From Moniliella sp. 'wahieum' (lineage: Eukaryota), in contig RSEE01000035.1 of NCBI GenBank assembly GCA_003971905.1, positions 496,001-560,000 of the forward strand: DNA of 64,000 nt, given 5' to 3'. Positions within the stretch are counted from its first letter, which is position 1. Each line of letters begins with the position of its first letter. A model generated the notes under the pieces. It was not told the DNA's origin. It saw only the letters and a program-made list of their open reading frames with translations, and searched no databases. Below, one piece after another: positions 61,549 to 64,000 of this stretch. The translations under genes and the position numbers were made by a program.

Positions 61549-64000
61549 ATGTCCTCCGACGTCCACGACGCCCCCTCCCACCCGCCTCCTGGTGCCCAAT
61601 CTCCCCCGCCCGACCCACCCTCCCCAGCTGCCCCGCCAGTGCTGCCTGCACCACCGCTCGGGCCCGCTCCGAGCAGCCTGCCAGCCGAGCTTGTTCGGCT
61701 CGCCGCGGCGCTGGATCAGCGGGACTCCCACCTGGTCCTCAGTGTCCCTCGGCTGACTCTCCCCCTCTCTGCCCCGTCCTCGCCGCCAGCCGACGCTCCC
61801 CGCGAAACCTTGGATCGCGCTCTCGACACACTGCGGCACGCCATCCTTCGTGCGATCCACCGACTTGATCGCCCGTCCGTGTCTTCTTTACCACATGCTG
61901 CTCACGATGGGCGCACGCGTTCTCCCCCTCACGAAGGCAGAGACGACCTGGGCGGACGGGAGGCGGGGGAAGCGTCTGTTCAGGGTTGCGTCAAAGATGC
62001 GATCCAGCGTGTCTTGGCGGAGAAACAGGCCCGTTTGCTTTACCTTACTGCCCACCTCGCGCCGGGTACGCACGAGCGGGACTCGCCTTTGCCCGCTGCT
62101 TCGTCTGCCTCCCCCTCTGCCTCTGCCTCTGCCTCCCCCTCTGTCCCTGCATCTGCCTCGGGCGATGGCGAGGGCGAAGGCGAGGGCGAAGGCGAGGGCG
62201 AAGGCGAGGGCAACGAGGGCAAATTGGTAGCGGACATGGACAAGTTGCACCTTTTCCCTACCCCTGGCAACTCGGGCCCTACCCCGTCCCCCTCGCCACC
62301 GTCTGTGTCCCCGTCAAGCCCGCATCCTACCCCACGCCATCCTCCCTCTACTTCAGGGGCGCGCCTGTCGCTTCTCCCCCTCCCGTCCTCCCCCTCCTCT
62401 CCTTCCCCCTCCTCCTCTCGCGAATCACAGTCGAATGAGCACGTTGCTGCGTGCGAGGCGACGCGGAGCAAGGCGTTGCTCACGCACAAGGTGACCACGT
62501 TAGAGCGCGCGCTGGCGCAGCAGCAAGGAGTTGACCACGTGCCATGCCGACCTGGCCAGCTGGCAGACGCGATCGGACGCGCTGACGGAGCAGGTGCGTG
62601 AGGCGCACACCTCGGTGGGCGAGTACCGCGAGCGGGCTCGGATTGCGACGCTGGCCCTGGCGCAGGAGCAAGAGCGCGTACGCAACTTGGAGGATGCGTT
62701 GGATGCAGTGCAAGACCGCTACGAACGCGCCGAGGCTCGCTTGGCTACCACCCAGGAACATTTGGCTGTCGCGCTGTTGGACCGTGATGCGGCACAGGAG
62801 GAACGTGATCGGTTGCGGGCCAAATGGGAGCACGAGCACCACCCCGCCAGCCTGGAGAGCACGACGGCGCGACCGACACGCACACCGACACGCAGACCGA
62901 CACAGACACGGACGTTGCTCATCTCCACCACCAACTGGCACTGTTGACGCAGGAAGTGGACTTGGCCCGCTCGGCGCAGGAGGAGGTGGAGGTGGTGCGG
63001 GCGCAGTGTGCTCACTTGGACGGCGAAGCGCGCGCGGCCCAAGCGGCGTGCGAGCAGTGGCAGCAACAGACGCATACGTTGCAAGTGCAACAAGAGCTGT
63101 GGGCGCACGAGTTGAACACGACCAAAGCTGCGTTGCTGGACCTGCAAGGCGCCCATGACGTGCTGCTGCACCAGCGCGACACGGCCGTCGCCCTTTCGGA
63201 CGAGCTGAGCCAGACGCAAGCGCGTCTCGAAACGGCGCTGAGCGAGGCGCGCGCCCAGGCCGGGACTGCCACGTCGGAATGGGACAAGGCAAGGCAAGCG
63301 GCGTCGGCGACGAGGCAGAAGCTGATGCAGCTAGATCAGACCTATTGGTCTACCAAGGAGGAGTTGGCCGCGACCCAGGAAGAGATGGAAGACTTGGCGG
63401 AAGAACTGGGGGCGGCAATGGTAGAGACGGCCCAGGCCAAGGCTCATGTTGTCGACTTGGAAGCTAAACGGCTCGAACTGCAGAGCCAAGTGGATTCGTT
63501 GCACACGGCACTGGAGCAGGCCAACGCTTCTTCGACTGTAGGTTTGGCTCTTCGCTCCGTGGGCACGCGTGCCTCGACCGATTCGCCCCCTCGCCCTCCC
63601 CCTTCTCCCCCGCGCGCTCGGTCCTATTCGCCACAAGAGCAAAATAGGATTGCCCAGCTCACGTCCCAGTTACGCACGACACAACAAGAACTGGTGCGGT
63701 CCCAACAACAAGCCGAACACTACCACCAAACCGTGGAAACCCTGTATGTACCTTCTTCTTTTTCTTCTCCATTTTCCTCTGCACGCGTCCAGCCTGACCC
63801 CTCTCCTTTGCTTTGGTAGGCGCCGCTCGCACACGGAATTGGCAGCACAGGTGAGCGCGCACACCCAATCCGAAGCCGAGCTGCAAGAGCAAGTGCGGAC
63901 GATGATGGAGGATCTGCAAGCCAAGGCCGAGGAGATTGAGCACAACGACGATCGGGTGATTGAACTCAAGCGGTCAATCAACAAGTTGGCACGGGACAAG
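61549..64000 (+). CDS. Hypothetical long coiled-coil protein (runs off the window end); frameshifts
   Basis: ATG at 61549 and a (GE)n repeat at ~62161-62220. Extensive heptad-like E/Q/L/A-rich ORFs cover 62480-64000. Intron 63744-63819 (GTATGT..CTGAC..TAG) resumes in frame with RRSHTELAAQV. Confidence 0.7.

Overview
GC-rich, intron-poor fungal genomic DNA. It is a basidiomycete, probably Ustilaginomycotina-like, inferred from short GT-AG introns with CTRAC branch points and the style of the gene models. The window holds about 18 protein genes: a Nit amidase, RPS5, a MetR/Cys-3-like bZIP, LIS1, two membrane DUF proteins, RHO2, SPP382/TFIP11, DUS1, PUT1, RBG1, EME1, a 2OG-Fe(II) dioxygenase, NPT1, NAB2, a DHA1 MFS transporter and several orphans. 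It also has a complete solo LTR with a 5-bp TSD and a related partial LTR. Many genes, including essential ones, are broken by small indels that are most likely assembly errors. No tRNA, rRNA or snRNA was recognised. The most striking unexplained signal is an intergenic 7-bp-period pattern, TGA-[4-bp palindrome]-TGA (TCA-..-TCA on the other strand). I counted at least 44 exact copies by eye, against about 2 expected by chance. They use 12 different palindromic spacers, and some arrays switch palindrome from unit to unit.
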